Source: Botryllus schlosseri
Lineage: Eukaryota
Assembly: GCA_051294905.1 (NCBI GenBank)
Contig: CM119372.1
Coordinates: 7,440,001-7,504,000, forward strand
Direction of reading: 5' to 3'
DNA length: 64,000 bases
Position numbers and translations under genes: made by a program. The notes below the pieces were generated by a model that was not told the DNA's origin, searched no databases, and worked only from the letters and a program-made list of their open reading frames with translations. This document shows positions 1-11,364 of the stretch, piece by piece; the first letter of the stretch is position 1, and every line of letters starts with the position of its first letter.

Positions 1-842
1 CATATCATCCCGCTGGGAAAAGTTTTATGCCAGTGAAGAAATACCAATTTGAAATCGTTTGCGTCTCTTAGTTTAGAAGCCTACGTTCGGACGATTCTAT
101 ACTTTTTGATATACCAGACTGGAAGTCACGAAATAATATCATGTAACGAGATCATATCAACGGGTCCGCCCGCCCGAAGATGTTTAATCATTATTTACGG
201 ACCCTCCCGTTTTCAAGACACTTCAGCCAGCTCCACCGGTACATCTAATTACGTGAGTAGAGAGGACAATAAATTGATAGCATAATATATATGCAATCGC
301 CGATCTGATTGACCGATTTTATCATAAATCATCGAAAATTTTCGCGCTTCGCGCTGGCTCACAATGCGGTACAGATAATTTCGTGACAAACGCGAACAAC
401 GTGATGAGGGGGGTCGTTTTATCACCCTATGGGAGCCCAAGACCCACGTTTTTGGGGGCCTGACGAGGTGCTGTTTCGTTCCTGCCAACGGGTATACCCC
501 CGAAGATGTTTAATTATTATTGAGTGGTCCTACCTTTTCAAACACACCTCACTCAGCTCTACCGGCAAATCTGATTACGTGAGCAGGGAGAAGATAAAAA
601 TTGATAACAATATATGCAATTCCCGATCATACTGCCCCATGAAATCATGAATTCTAGAAATTTTCCGCGCTTCGCGCGCTTAGGCGACAGAAGCTGATTC
701 ACTAAACAAACTCGCAATGAATATGATGAATAGCGGTAAAAGTGTATCGCCGTTCGCCCCCCAGAAGTTCGGTCTATAACCCTATGGGGGGCCCAAGACC
801 AAAGTTTTTTGGGGGGCCTGACGAAGTGCTGTTACGGCCCTG
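1..842. mobile_element. Right end of a hAT-like non-autonomous element with a diverged internal tandem duplication (about 330-350 bp period); left end lies outside the window
   Basis: Ends in GTTACGGCCCTG (reverse complement CAGGGCCGTAAC, a hAT-type terminus) at 842. Segments about 165-480 and 487-840 repeat each other (cccgaagatgtttaat..., ttacgtgag, ttttcgcgcttcgcgc, ccctatggg..cccaagacc...gggggcctgacga). Confidence 0.55.
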
Positions 843-854
843 GTCTCGACTAAT

Positions 855-1072
855 ATGGTCATGGTCATGGTCATTTACACCAGGCAATTTTCTACATTTC
901 TATTCCGTAGCGGCCGACTTGTACAACGGCCCACATTCTTGGCTTTTATAAGACACCGCTTACACGGATGAGATGGCACCTAGGTAGGAATTTTGGAGTC
1001 GACCTCGGTCGGACTCGAACCCACAACCCATTGGTGTTGCAGCTGTGGATTATACCACTACGTTATCTCGGC
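855..1072 (-). mobile_element. tRNA-derived SINE with (GACCAT)n tail
   Basis: Minus strand reads GCCGAGATAACGTAGTGGTATAAT (A-box-like) ... GGGTTCGAGTCC (B box, 1011-1021 on +), then a non-tRNA body and a tail of three GACCAT units (855-872). Homologous copies are at about 1825-2072 and 7481-9585. Confidence 0.75.
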
Positions 1073-1824
1073 ACTACATACAGCGGTGATCTCTGACGAA
1101 GTTTTTCTGCCTACTCGGTGCTAAAGTGCCAGCACGCCTAACATGATAATGTGGCCGGTTATGTTTGCAAACTGAATTTGATAGCGTGAACGAACATGAA
1201 CATCAACGACATTTCAAAGGGAGTTCATTTCTTGATGGTAATTAGTTAGGAAGGCAAGGAGGATTTGAAAACAGCATTGTCTCACAAGCTCCAGCATGCC
1301 TGCTATCAATCAACGCATCATACAAAACTGGATTAACCCGTTTCGGCACGCGATATGTCTGGTAAACCGAATTCGCGTGGATATTGGTTGTGGGCTTGAC
1401 AGTAATTTTTATTTTACAAATAAACTTCACATCATGATCGACAGATTATAATTTAGATTATTGATCGTTTTTTTTTTAGAACTGAATCATTCTGCGCATA
1501 ATTTCAAAATTGGGAAGACTTCTTTTTCGTTACCTTTGCGAAACCTAAATCACGTACTAGTGAGACATCGGCACAATTGTCATCCTGATAATGAGCAATG
1601 AGTAAACTAACGTTTAAAACGTCCGGATATGTACTACTTTGTAATTGCATATATTTGCTGCGCTGAATTGGGATATTCACGTATCATTTCTGCTTTATAA
1701 TATTTCACAGGGAGGGGCAAGGTATAGCCTATCGACTAGCGAGTCGTAACGCATTGACGCTCGTGATCTTTTATTATAATATCCGACAAGAATAATGCTT
1801 AGCGCGGAATATACTTGACTAGTT

Positions 1825-2072
1825 CCGCTTTAGTTCGCTTGAATGTATTCACAGCTCCGCAGCTGCAAAACGAATTGGTTGGGAGTTCGAATCAGGCCCA
1901 AGTCGGTTCCAGTATTCCTACCCAAGTGTTTCTGGTTTATGTAGGGTGTGGGCTTGTACTGCTCGTACGATCCGCGTAGACGGTGTCTTGCAAAGGCCCC
2001 GACCCATAATAGTCGGTGGATCAGGAACCGTAATAACGAATACCAGCCTGGTGTAAAATGACCAATGACCAT
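1825..2072 (+). mobile_element. Diverged member of the same tRNA-SINE family
   Basis: cagctgcaaaacgaattggttgggAGTTCGAATC (B-box-like), ttcctacccaagtg, atccgcgtagacggtgtcttg and the 3' end gcctggtgtaaaatgaccaatgaccat all align to the 855-1072 copy. The 5' boundary is approximate. Confidence 0.6.
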
Positions 2073-2179
2073 CCTATAGTAATAGAAACACCATTAATAC
2101 CAACCTACTACGTTAGTGTGACCACTGATAAGTGTGACTAACTGTCTCTAACATTAATTTTGTAATTCACATATAGGTG

Positions 2180-2786
2180 GCTTTTCATTAGCTTTTCATT
2201 AGCTTTTCATTAGCTTACTTAGCTTTTCATTAGCTTAATTAGCTTCATTAGCTTTTCATTAGCTTACTTTTCATTATCTTACTTTTTCATTAGCTTAATT
2301 GGCTTTTTATTAGCTTTTCATTAGCTTTTCATTAGCTTACTTAGCTTTTCATTAGCTTTTCATTAGCTTTTCATTAGCTTACTTAGCTTTTCATTAGCTT
2401 AATTAGCTTCATTAGCTTTTCATTAGCTTACTTTTCATTAGCTTACTTTTTCATTAGCTTACTTAGCTTTTCATTAGCTTTTCATTAGCTTTTCATTAGC
2501 TTACTTAGCTTTTCATTAGCTTAATTAGCTTCATTAGCTTTTCATTAGCTTACTTTTCATTAGCTTACTTAGCTTTTCATTAGCTTACTTAGCTTTTCAT
2601 TAGCTTAATTAGCTTCATTAGCTTTTCATTAGCTTACTCTTCATTAGCTTACTTTTTCATTAGCTTAATTAGCTTTTCATTAGCTTTTCATTAGCTTACT
2701 TAGCTTTTCATTAGCTTAATTAGCCTTTCATTAGCTTAATTAGCTTTTCCTTAGCTTAATTAGCTGCATTAGCTTTTCATTAGCTT
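2180..2786. repeat. Complex minisatellite of GCTTTTCATTA with 9-16 bp variants
   Basis: About 600 bp built from GCTTTTCATTA, GCTTACTTA, GCTTAATTA, GCTTCATTA and GCTTACTTTTCATTA units. Confidence 0.97.
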
Positions 2787-3099
2787 GCATGTACAAAATA
2801 AAGGCACCCTGAGCTACTGCCGCACGACAATTCCACATAACTTTCGTCGCTACGTGTAGTGTTATTACAGTGAGTAACCGAACCGGTAAATTTATGTGCA
2901 TGAATAAATATTAGCAATGGCTGTGATACTTGAAGGAATTAGACCGTCACGACTCGACTCAGATCATTACCATCAATCAATCAGTCCATCCTTGTTAACG
3001 GACACATGAAATGATTCGTAAATATACCATAAGCATCTGCAACGGGGTCAATGGATTGCTGCCGACCCTTCGATCTGACATTCAGATTTCAAATTTCAG

Positions 3100-6000
3100 A
3101 TTGCCATGAATCGATGCATTAAAACTGCAGATTGTAGCCCAAAAAGTAAAGATTACTGGATCAAGTACGAGTTCAAGGTAGATTCGAAATCTCCGCACAT
3201 CGAAAGCGTGACCGTATATCTCTCCATCCTGTACAGTATCTGCAACCGAATATTAACAAACGCGTGGAGTATGAACAGAAAATAAAAGAAATATTCCACG
3301 AGAAATCCGATAACAATAAGCAATTCACACCCGATGACAGGACCGTGAGCAAAAGCAAAGGGGAATCGGCATTTACCCTGCCGGCGTTAAACGTGGGTAT
3401 TGTTCACTATGGTGATATCTCAATTTGGAGAACAGTTCACCTAAAGAACAACTACGCTGGTTCCGTGTTGGCAATTCTTTGCATGTTGTATAGAAGATAT
3501 AACACGTAACAGTATCGATAAGTATCGTCATACATAACTCAGCCAATCGCATTAAGGTACATGCATTCAACGACAGTAGTAACTATACGATTCGGTTTTA
3601 ATTTGCCGATAAGGTTATCCATGAAACATTTGAAACAGTCCTATGCCTTTATTCAAAATATTTGTCGACTCGACTCCACTTTTCCTTTTATATTTCACTT
3701 CGTACTTCCGAAACCTAATATCGGTTATGTTTAGGCCTGATGCGTTATACGCTTACAACACCATGTTCTTCATATAAAAATGTTACTTACCGAATACACT
3801 ATTGTTATTACACAACACAGAGTATGGTTCAATACAATCGCGTGGAATGCTTACGACATCCAGTTTCGACTGCGTATCTTCAGATGAAATGGTAATTTGT
3901 TCAATATGATTATATGTAAAATCAATCTTTACGAGCAAGCCTTCATTTCAGGAACGCATATGGCCGATGGGTGCACGGTATCAATTTATTCATATACGTT
4001 CTTGGGCTTATACCTTTAACTTATCTGGTTTGCTCCACTGACACTTCTCCAATCTACCATAATGAAGCCCGTGGGTAAGTTTCTCTATATTAAATATATG
4101 GGTATGCAGTGTATTTGGAGATTCCGATAGTATTGCTCGGTTTAACCTCGATTAATTCCGAATTTACAATAACCTGACAGTTTATCTACGCTGCTTTTCA
4201 GATCGGTAAATGAAACTAACCGAATCCAATCGCCAATGGAATATTCTACTTTTCGGATGGTTATGATACTACTTTTGACTGGTCTGTCTGTCGGGCAATT
4301 AATGAAAGAATTGGTGCAAATGTACCAGCAGGTATGAACATCCCTTTCAGTTCGAATGGCTGAGGCATTTCGAGGTATGGCCGAGTATTTTCTTTATACC
4401 ACAGGCATATATAGGGGACTTAGGAGATGTGCTTATAGCTTCACGTTTAGCAATGTACTGCGTAGTAGGCCTACACACATTATCATCATGATTCAAATTA
4501 TTGTAACAGAAAGCCAAATATTTCATGGATGCTACCAATGTGATTGAGTGGATTCTGTATGTGAGCACGCTGCTCTACGTGACACCGTTCCTGACTGGAT
4601 ATCCAATTCATTGGCAATTCGAATTCGGCTCAGTAACAGTCTTGCTTGCCTGGTTCAATTTACTGTTGTTTTTCCAGAGGTAAGTCTGTATATAATTGTC
4701 GAGTCTACCGTAAACGATGTACTTCCTTTGCTTTCAAGATTTGATGTTACTGGGATATACGTCGTCATGTTCCTGGTCATTTTGAAAACCCTGTGTAAAG
4801 TTCTGGCTCTCTTTTCGTTCCTCATCGTCGCGTTTACTTTGTCTTTCTACGCACTTCTACACAACGAGGTACTACACTCGCAGTGATTCTCAACCTTTTT
4901 GGCCCGCGGACTATTCTCAAGCTCGCCTATATATCCGCGGACTCAAGCTATATATTAACGAAAATTAGGTTTTTTGATTTCTATCCAAGAGAGTTTAATA
5001 CGGTATCAACGAAAAAATCAAGCACTGTTTTGCACTCAACACACACTCAATTAGAGCCTTGTCCTTGAACTTGCTTGACAAGTTTATCGAATTCCGGAAT
5101 TATGGTTGTTAATGTACGCCTACATCTGATGTCATCTACCGGTTGAAGTCTATTGCGATACTTCTTTTGATCATCGTCAGGGTTGAAAAGTCAGATTTAC
5201 TCAGGTATGTGGTTGGAAATGGCAAAAGAGCTGTTGCAGCTTGCTAGCAAAGATCTGAAAGACTATGCTCCATCGACTGCACAGTGCACATTTGTCCAAA
5301 ATTGAGTCAAAGAAGCCTTTTTAAAGGTGTCTTTCCATATCTGTCGGCTTTGCAATGCAAACAACTGTTCATGTTCAGTAATGTAGTCCATATTTCGAGT
5401 TCTACTGATAAATAGACAACTATAGATTGTTTCTGTGATGAGCACATGTATCTACGATTTATCAATATCCAAATAACGTCTACAAGTGGACCATAAGTCG
5501 CAATAAATACAATAACACTCAGCGTATATCGCGCCGAAAACGCGTGCATACGTGTGTATGAAGAGCTGTCATAGGAGTTTATACCTGGCATTTTCGGTAT
5601 GTGAATACTCATCGTCAAATTCCGCATCCAAGCGTACCAAATTCAAGTCAATCCGACGAAAATTGTACATTTATAACCAGGATAGAATTGGTTATGACAA
5701 TTTTACCAATGGGCTACCTCGGCCATAAATCTAGGGCATTTTGAAAAATTCCAGTTGCCGATAATAAGGGTTTATAGGCATCCCTGACATATTTGGTATC
5801 AAGCCAGGAAGATGCTACAGATGTCCAAAGGATACCCGTCTTGCCTGTGACACTGGCAACCAACTGGTTGCCCAAGACACAGAACATTTCAGGAGAACGA
5901 ATATTGCTTGGAATGCTGAACAATTTGTTGTAGAGCTTTATGTTTCGTTGTTCTTGCGTTTGAAATATACTTAGCGAAACATCGCTTATTGAGGTATCTC

Positions 6001-9000
6001 TGATATTGCATTCCAAACTACATTCATTGTAGTATAATTTATTAACTTGAAGGCATTTCGTATGACCCTCATCAAGAGTTAACGGCACAATAAGAGGCAT
6101 ACAGAAATAGGTTCTAACGAAAACCAAATTGGCAAAATATGACGTAACAATATAATAATAAAAACGAGCGCAAGCTGGCCAAAGTCAGCTGTACCGGTAG
6201 TCTAATAAAGGCACAAGAGAAAATAAAATTATACAATACACGGAAGACGTTACAGAGACAATTAGCGGTATATATTTATGGCATACTTAACGATTGTAGA
6301 CAAAATCTTTCTCCTTCTTATTGTATATCTCTTGATAAGGGGTACGCGAAAAGTCTTCGAGGTAATAAATTCTACTACAATGAATATAGTTCTGAAAGCA
6401 CTATTCAAGCTCAGTGCCGCTAGTCACATATTTGGGTATATTTGCATTTTATATGACAGCTAGGTGTCTAACAGTTCAAGAGTTGTATTTTGCGAATCAC
6501 CCATCAAGGTTGAAGCCCAAGTCTCAAATCGGAATTTGACGAACCCGGACCAGTACCGTAGGTCCGTCAATTACATGTTCCGATATCATATCGGAAATTG
6601 AAGAAAAAATTGTAAATTTCGATATTTTTTGGTAGATATTCGACATTCTCAAGCTAAAACTATGTCCGTGGACAACTGGACATCCAAATTAGGATCTATG
6701 ATCGTTTGGTAATGTTTTATCAATATAAAATCATCTAATATAACACATTCAAAATGAGATTTCCGCTTTTCCATTGAAACACATGAGGAAATACCAGGTT
6801 GACAATTTGTCAACGTGTGTATCGATTAATTTACCGAAAATCCCTGTGCTCGCGGACTCATCCATGTCCTTTCACGGCCTCATTTGAGTCCGCGGACTCG
6901 GGGTTGAGAAACACTGTACTACAGACACGGATATTAGTTCATTCTTCCATATTAATAATTTCATAAATTCAAAACGCATCAATATTGCGATAAAAAATAA
7001 AAGGTATGAAGGGGTTTAAACTATAGGGTTACCATATATGTCATCCTTTAGGAGGATTTGCCTTCCTTTTTGAGATTTTGTCCTCTTTTTGAGAATTTTT
7101 GTTAAATGTAGGGCAAATTCGACTGAGATACAGTAAATCAGCACTGAAATAACGCTCCGGCGGCTATTTCGGGAGCTGAGCCGAAAAGTTGACCTTTTCT
7201 TTAGTCAACTATCTGATAATATGAAAGGAAACTGTATTTTGGGCACTGAGCGAGAGAGTTGACCTTTTTTTAGTCAACCGACCACAAAGTGAGAAAAATT
7301 TATCATTTTTTCAAGATTTTTCTCCGGAAGTTTGAAAATTTTGAAGAAGTGTCGTCCTTTCCCAATTCTAAAATATGGTAACCCTGGTTTAAACTATTTG
7401 GAGTAGCCTTTCACTGGAATGTTGAGTCTGTGGGGCTACTCGAACATTTACGATTTATATATGCGTCAATGGTACCTTCTACAGCTGCAATGGGTTGGAG
7501 TCCCACCGAGGTCGACTCCAAAATTCCTACCTAAGTGTTGGAGGTTAAGGTTCCTCCTCGTCATGTGATCATCGGAATTGGTGCAGGCGCGTGGCCAGGG
7601 GGGTTTCGGGGGTCGAAACCCCCTCCTTACACGCGAAACCGCGTCCTTTTCAAATGACCGTTCTGACGCTAATACTAGGTTGCAATTCAATAAGTCGTAT
7701 TATCAGTGTTGCGCGCGGCCAATTAACGAAAGACGTGTTGCGAGATTCATCTGCACTTTGCACTGCACAATGTAACGCGACTCGATCTCGCGCTGAGATG
7801 ATTGCGAAATTAGGTCATTCGCTGCCGCGCGCTCGGCAATCGTTGCTAGCCTGATTTACCGCGTCTTCAAAAAGCCTAGTTCCGCTGGCTTGAAGAATCG
7901 CATCTGCAATAGGCCCGGTGCGCACGATATCATCGCTAACCTACACAATCGCATCTACATTGGCTTGGTGCTCACGTTATCGTCGCATCTGCAATCGCCT
8001 AGCAGTGCGAAAGATATCGCTAGCCTAACTACCGCGTCTCGGGCCTACCATGCTTTGGCTCCTATTTCCCGATGGCTTGGATAAAATGCCGTTAAGTATA
8101 TGCTGATTAGCGATTGTGATTAAAGAGTGACATCTCGAAACTGAATGACACCGAAGTGACCGCAAACATGTGCGACGCGTGCGTACATGCGCGATTGATT
8201 TCCGCTAATACTTGAACATAACCATCAGAAGCTGTGTATCAAGGCTTGAGTTATAAAAGAGGTAAGGTTTGAACTAGGGATAGTGTGAACCTCTGAAAGG
8301 TTCAGGTTCGTGTGAACGCGAACGTGAACCTCATGACGTCATATTGGTAGTTCCAACACTCCATTTCAGTGAAGTGATGTAAATTAATGTACACGATACC
8401 TAGCGACGACTGGGGCCACATGATGCCGCAGTGCTGAAGTACATACTGACTTTTTTTAACGTCGCCAAATGTATCAACTGGAGCAATCAAATGATAAAAT
8501 AATTCCATAAAATCAATATCTTCCGTCGCATTGCCAACAATATCGACGAGGACTTGCAAGGGAATATAAGCTTACGCCTTAACGGTCTATGCCAGTATCA
8601 GTATCCAACACCCCAATCGCACTGATTTGGTTTTTATGATACAATAAACATATGAAATGGAGATGGACCCCGTACGCTTGCTAGATTCTTTACATCAGAC
8701 AACGATATCAATTTCTTTGATTGGTTAAATAAACATTATTCGCTAACTACCTACATGCAGCGTATTTCACTCTTGATGTTGTGTGATTTTGGGTCAAACT
8801 CACAGCATAGAGTCACTGAATGATGAATATTCACGAACAGAAAGCTGGATATTTCGAGCAAACTTTTGGAACAAAGCAGGTAACATTTTTGAGATTGTCG
8901 AGGTGCATGCTCGTTTAGTGTTGATTTTTTTTTTGCCAGCGCCATGCATAAACGGGCCGCAATTGAAATGCAATAAATTTCAACCAAAGATGTTATAATG

Positions 9001-11364
9001 ACGTGAAAATTATAATATATGAAAAAGGTTCACAGTGCAGAACCTACCAAGGTTCGTTTGTGAACGTGAACCTCTAAATATCCGAGGTTTACACACAGAA
9101 CGCGAACGTGAACCTCACGTTCACACCGTCCCTAGTTTGAACCACCTGAAATCGGCGTCATTGTAGCACATATTCCATAAAAACTCGTACATTTTGACTT
9201 GCGCAAATCGTCGCCCATAAGCGCGCGTATTTAATTGTTCGACGCGTTGATACGCGGGCGTATTTAATTATTCACGACAGATCAGAGAGTCGATAATTAA
9301 CAGCACTTCCGGACTCGTCGGCAAGCTTATCATACGCGTGTAATCGTCAACACGAGGATGTTATGTAATCGTTATTTACGCATGTACTTAACCCTAATGA
9401 ATTGATGCTATATTACTAAATTCGAAAAAAATCGACCCCCTCCCCTTTATTTCAAACCCCCCCTTATTTTTCGGCTGACTACGCGCCTGAATTGGTGTCT
9501 TACAAAAGCGTAGAACCAAAGTGGTCCGTGCTACAAGTTTGCAGATCAGGAATCATAATAAGGAATATCGGCAGGTTTATAGAACCGAAGTATATTCGAA
9601 GCACCATGAATACTAAAAATAACAACACACATTCTTTCAGTACGCACGTTAAGCCTTTCCTTTTTCCTGACATTTGGTGAATAAGGTTCGTGACTATATA
9701 GTATGGCCACTTGTGTCGTTCTTGGTAAATTGGTAATTATAGTAAGGGCTGGTGAAAATTGAATCACAGCTATACCTATACATTTGTAGTCTTGTACGTT
9801 ATTCGAAATTTCATGCATGTGACGTCATAATCTGTGATACGACTGTTGATATACAAAGGTCTCTTGAATTCTCTACTGTCGCTGACGATTACCGTGAGTG
9901 CCTGACGGGTGTCTGCCCAAAATATTCGGGTTTACTGCAGTACGAATATATTAATCAATATACTGAAGTTGTGTACCTCAAAGAGTCTCTAAAACTTAGC
10001 ATATATTTCGCGCAATATTTCAGGAAGACCAAAGCTTCTCCACGCCGGGATTGTCAGCGCTGCGCGTGGTTACCATGACTTTGGGCGAGATCAATTACGT
10101 CGAGATGTTCCTCGCGCCGTTCGTAGATGGCGATGACAGCACTCTGCATTACCCGACTCTGTCGTTTTTGCTCCTCATTTGCTTCATTGTCGTCATGCCG
10201 ATTCTGCTGATGAACTTGCTCATCGGTCTCGCGGTTGGTGACATCGCGGAGGTACAAAGCAACGCAGAATTACAACGGTTGGCCATGCAGGTCGGTTAGA
10301 AGAATGCGTGTGACAGTGACACTTAAATGTGACATTAGTTCAGTATAGTTTAGTACTGCATTAGAGTTGTTAGCAAAATTTGGCATGACGTTTTTTACGT
10401 CAGTAGTACCAGTTGCTAGCTACGATTTTCAATCGTTTTATTTCTAATACAGGTACAATTGCACACTGACATCGAAGGAAAACTATCTGTGAGGATCTTA
10501 CGGATGATCGATAAAGACGAGTTGGTTATTTGGCCAAACAGGAAGTGTGGGCCAGTTGCAAAAATTATGGGACGTGTAAGTGTGCGCACTGTGCAGTCTT
10601 AACGACAGCGAGAGATTACACGTAACCTATATTTTAGTTCACAGCAAAAGACGAAGCTGTTCCCCACGCCAATGAAACTGTCTTGTCCATAACCGACCGA
10701 AATATTGACCATCTGCACTGCGAGATTCAGAAGCAGAAGGACAGGTTTGTGTAGATCTGTACACCACATCAACAGGCACGTGCGGTACAAGATCTCCGTG
10801 CAATGGCCATGAGCAGACTAAGATGGGGTTGACGGAAATCCCTCTGTGGAGACAGATCCACTGTCTTTTCTCCGACGAAAGTCTTATCACTTATTATCAT
10901 TGTTCACCAGCTATACTATTCTACTGAGTGGATTTACTATGAGATTTTATCAGCTTTCCTGAACCCAAGAGAATGCGTCGAAGACTTGTACGAATCTCAG
11001 TCTACTGCATTCTTTGGGAAGGGTTAAAACAAATTCCTACTAAATACCGTTTTATTGTTATCTTATCGAATATAAGATACACGTCGTTGTCGTGACAGCC
11101 TGTTGGCTCTGTCGCTTCAGAATCACTCACGCTGACTGACGAAGTTTTTACCTTCGCAGGCTGAAAGACATGCAAGTGACATTAGTAAAACAACACGAGC
11201 TGCTACGGTTAATAGTACAGAAAATGGAGATTCAGTCCGAAGCCGATAATCAGGACGAAGGAGCGTTGCCAGATTACCAACGCCATTTCGGGGGCAGCAA
11301 CGCCTATAGCGGAGTTCGGAACAAGCTTATAGCTGCGAACGCCTTCAAGTCTTTTATGAAGTAG
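3100..11364 (+). CDS. TRPA1: TRPA1-like channel, paralog A; only the pre-S1, transmembrane and C-terminal exons are visible
   Basis: GT-AG exons 3100-3177, 3237-3392, 3821-3891, 3952-4074, 4202-4331, 4510-4679, 4739-4868, 10024-10290, 10453-10575, 10638-10744, 11160-11364 (stop) join in frame. Motifs: DYWIKYEFKYLQP, LRHPVSTAYLQMKW, WFNLLLFFQRFD, TMTLGEINY, MPILLMNLLIGLAVGDIAEVQSNAELQRLAMQV, and a coiled-coil C-terminus. Confidence 0.92.
4881..6916 (-). mobile_element. Decayed hAT (Buster/Charlie-type) transposon with transposase remnant, in a TRPA1-A intron
   Basis: TIRs CAGTGATTCTCAACC / GGTTGAGAAACACTG. Minus strand 5226-5047 reads, across a frameshift, LPFPTTYLSKSDFSTLTMIK / KYRNRLQPVDDIRC..LTTIIPEFDKLVKQVQGQGSN*, the typical Buster C-terminus. 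Right flank is TACTACAG; TACTACAC lies 3 bp before the left TIR. Confidence 0.85.
7024..7386. mobile_element. hAT-type MITE (TAGGGTTACCA/TAGGGTGACCA family), copy 1
   Basis: TIR TAGGGTTACCATAT / ATATGGTAACCCTG, flanked on both sides by GTTTAAACTA. The body matches 17937-18348 and, inverted, 56697-57031. Confidence 0.85.
7584..9489. mobile_element. Non-autonomous hAT element (CAGGCGCGT TIR) with 8-bp TSD
   Basis: Ends CAGGCGCGTGG / CTACGCGCCTG; perfect TSD AATTGGTG at 7576-7583 and 9490-9497. Confidence 0.88.
8275..9134. mobile_element. Non-autonomous hAT element nested inside 7584-9489
   Basis: TIRs TAGGGATAGTGTGAAC / GTTCACACCGTCCCTA; perfect TSD GTTTGAAC at 8267-8274 and 9135-9142; subterminal GTGAAC/GAACGCGAACGTGAACC repeats. 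Confidence 0.9.

Larger units (their letters stand above)
7481..9585 (+). mobile_element. tRNA-SINE copy split by a hAT insertion (5' part 7481-7583, 3' part 9490-9585)
   Basis: The 5' part has ccaccgaggtcgactccaaaattcctacctaagtg, nearly identical to the 855-1072 copy. After the insert the sequence resumes with ggtgtcttacaaaagc...gtggtccgtgctacaagt...gatcaggaatcataataaggaata, matching the SINE 3' body. Confidence 0.7.

Noticed and set aside
990-1072. tRNA gene on the minus strand
   Set aside because: A- and B-box-like motifs are present, but I cannot fold a full cloverleaf, and it continues into a body and tail shared with other dispersed copies, which indicates a SINE.
1435-1460. CATGATCGA (HDR) as the missing TRPA1-A exon homologous to HDRWNEAM
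   Set aside because: No upstream AG acceptor, a stop follows within five codons (HDRQIII*), and there is no further similarity.
3845-3885. Minus-strand CTGAAGA...CGAAAC...TC hammerhead-like string
   Set aside because: Stem II closing bases and stem I do not pair, and it is antisense to a TRPA1 coding exon, so a chance match.
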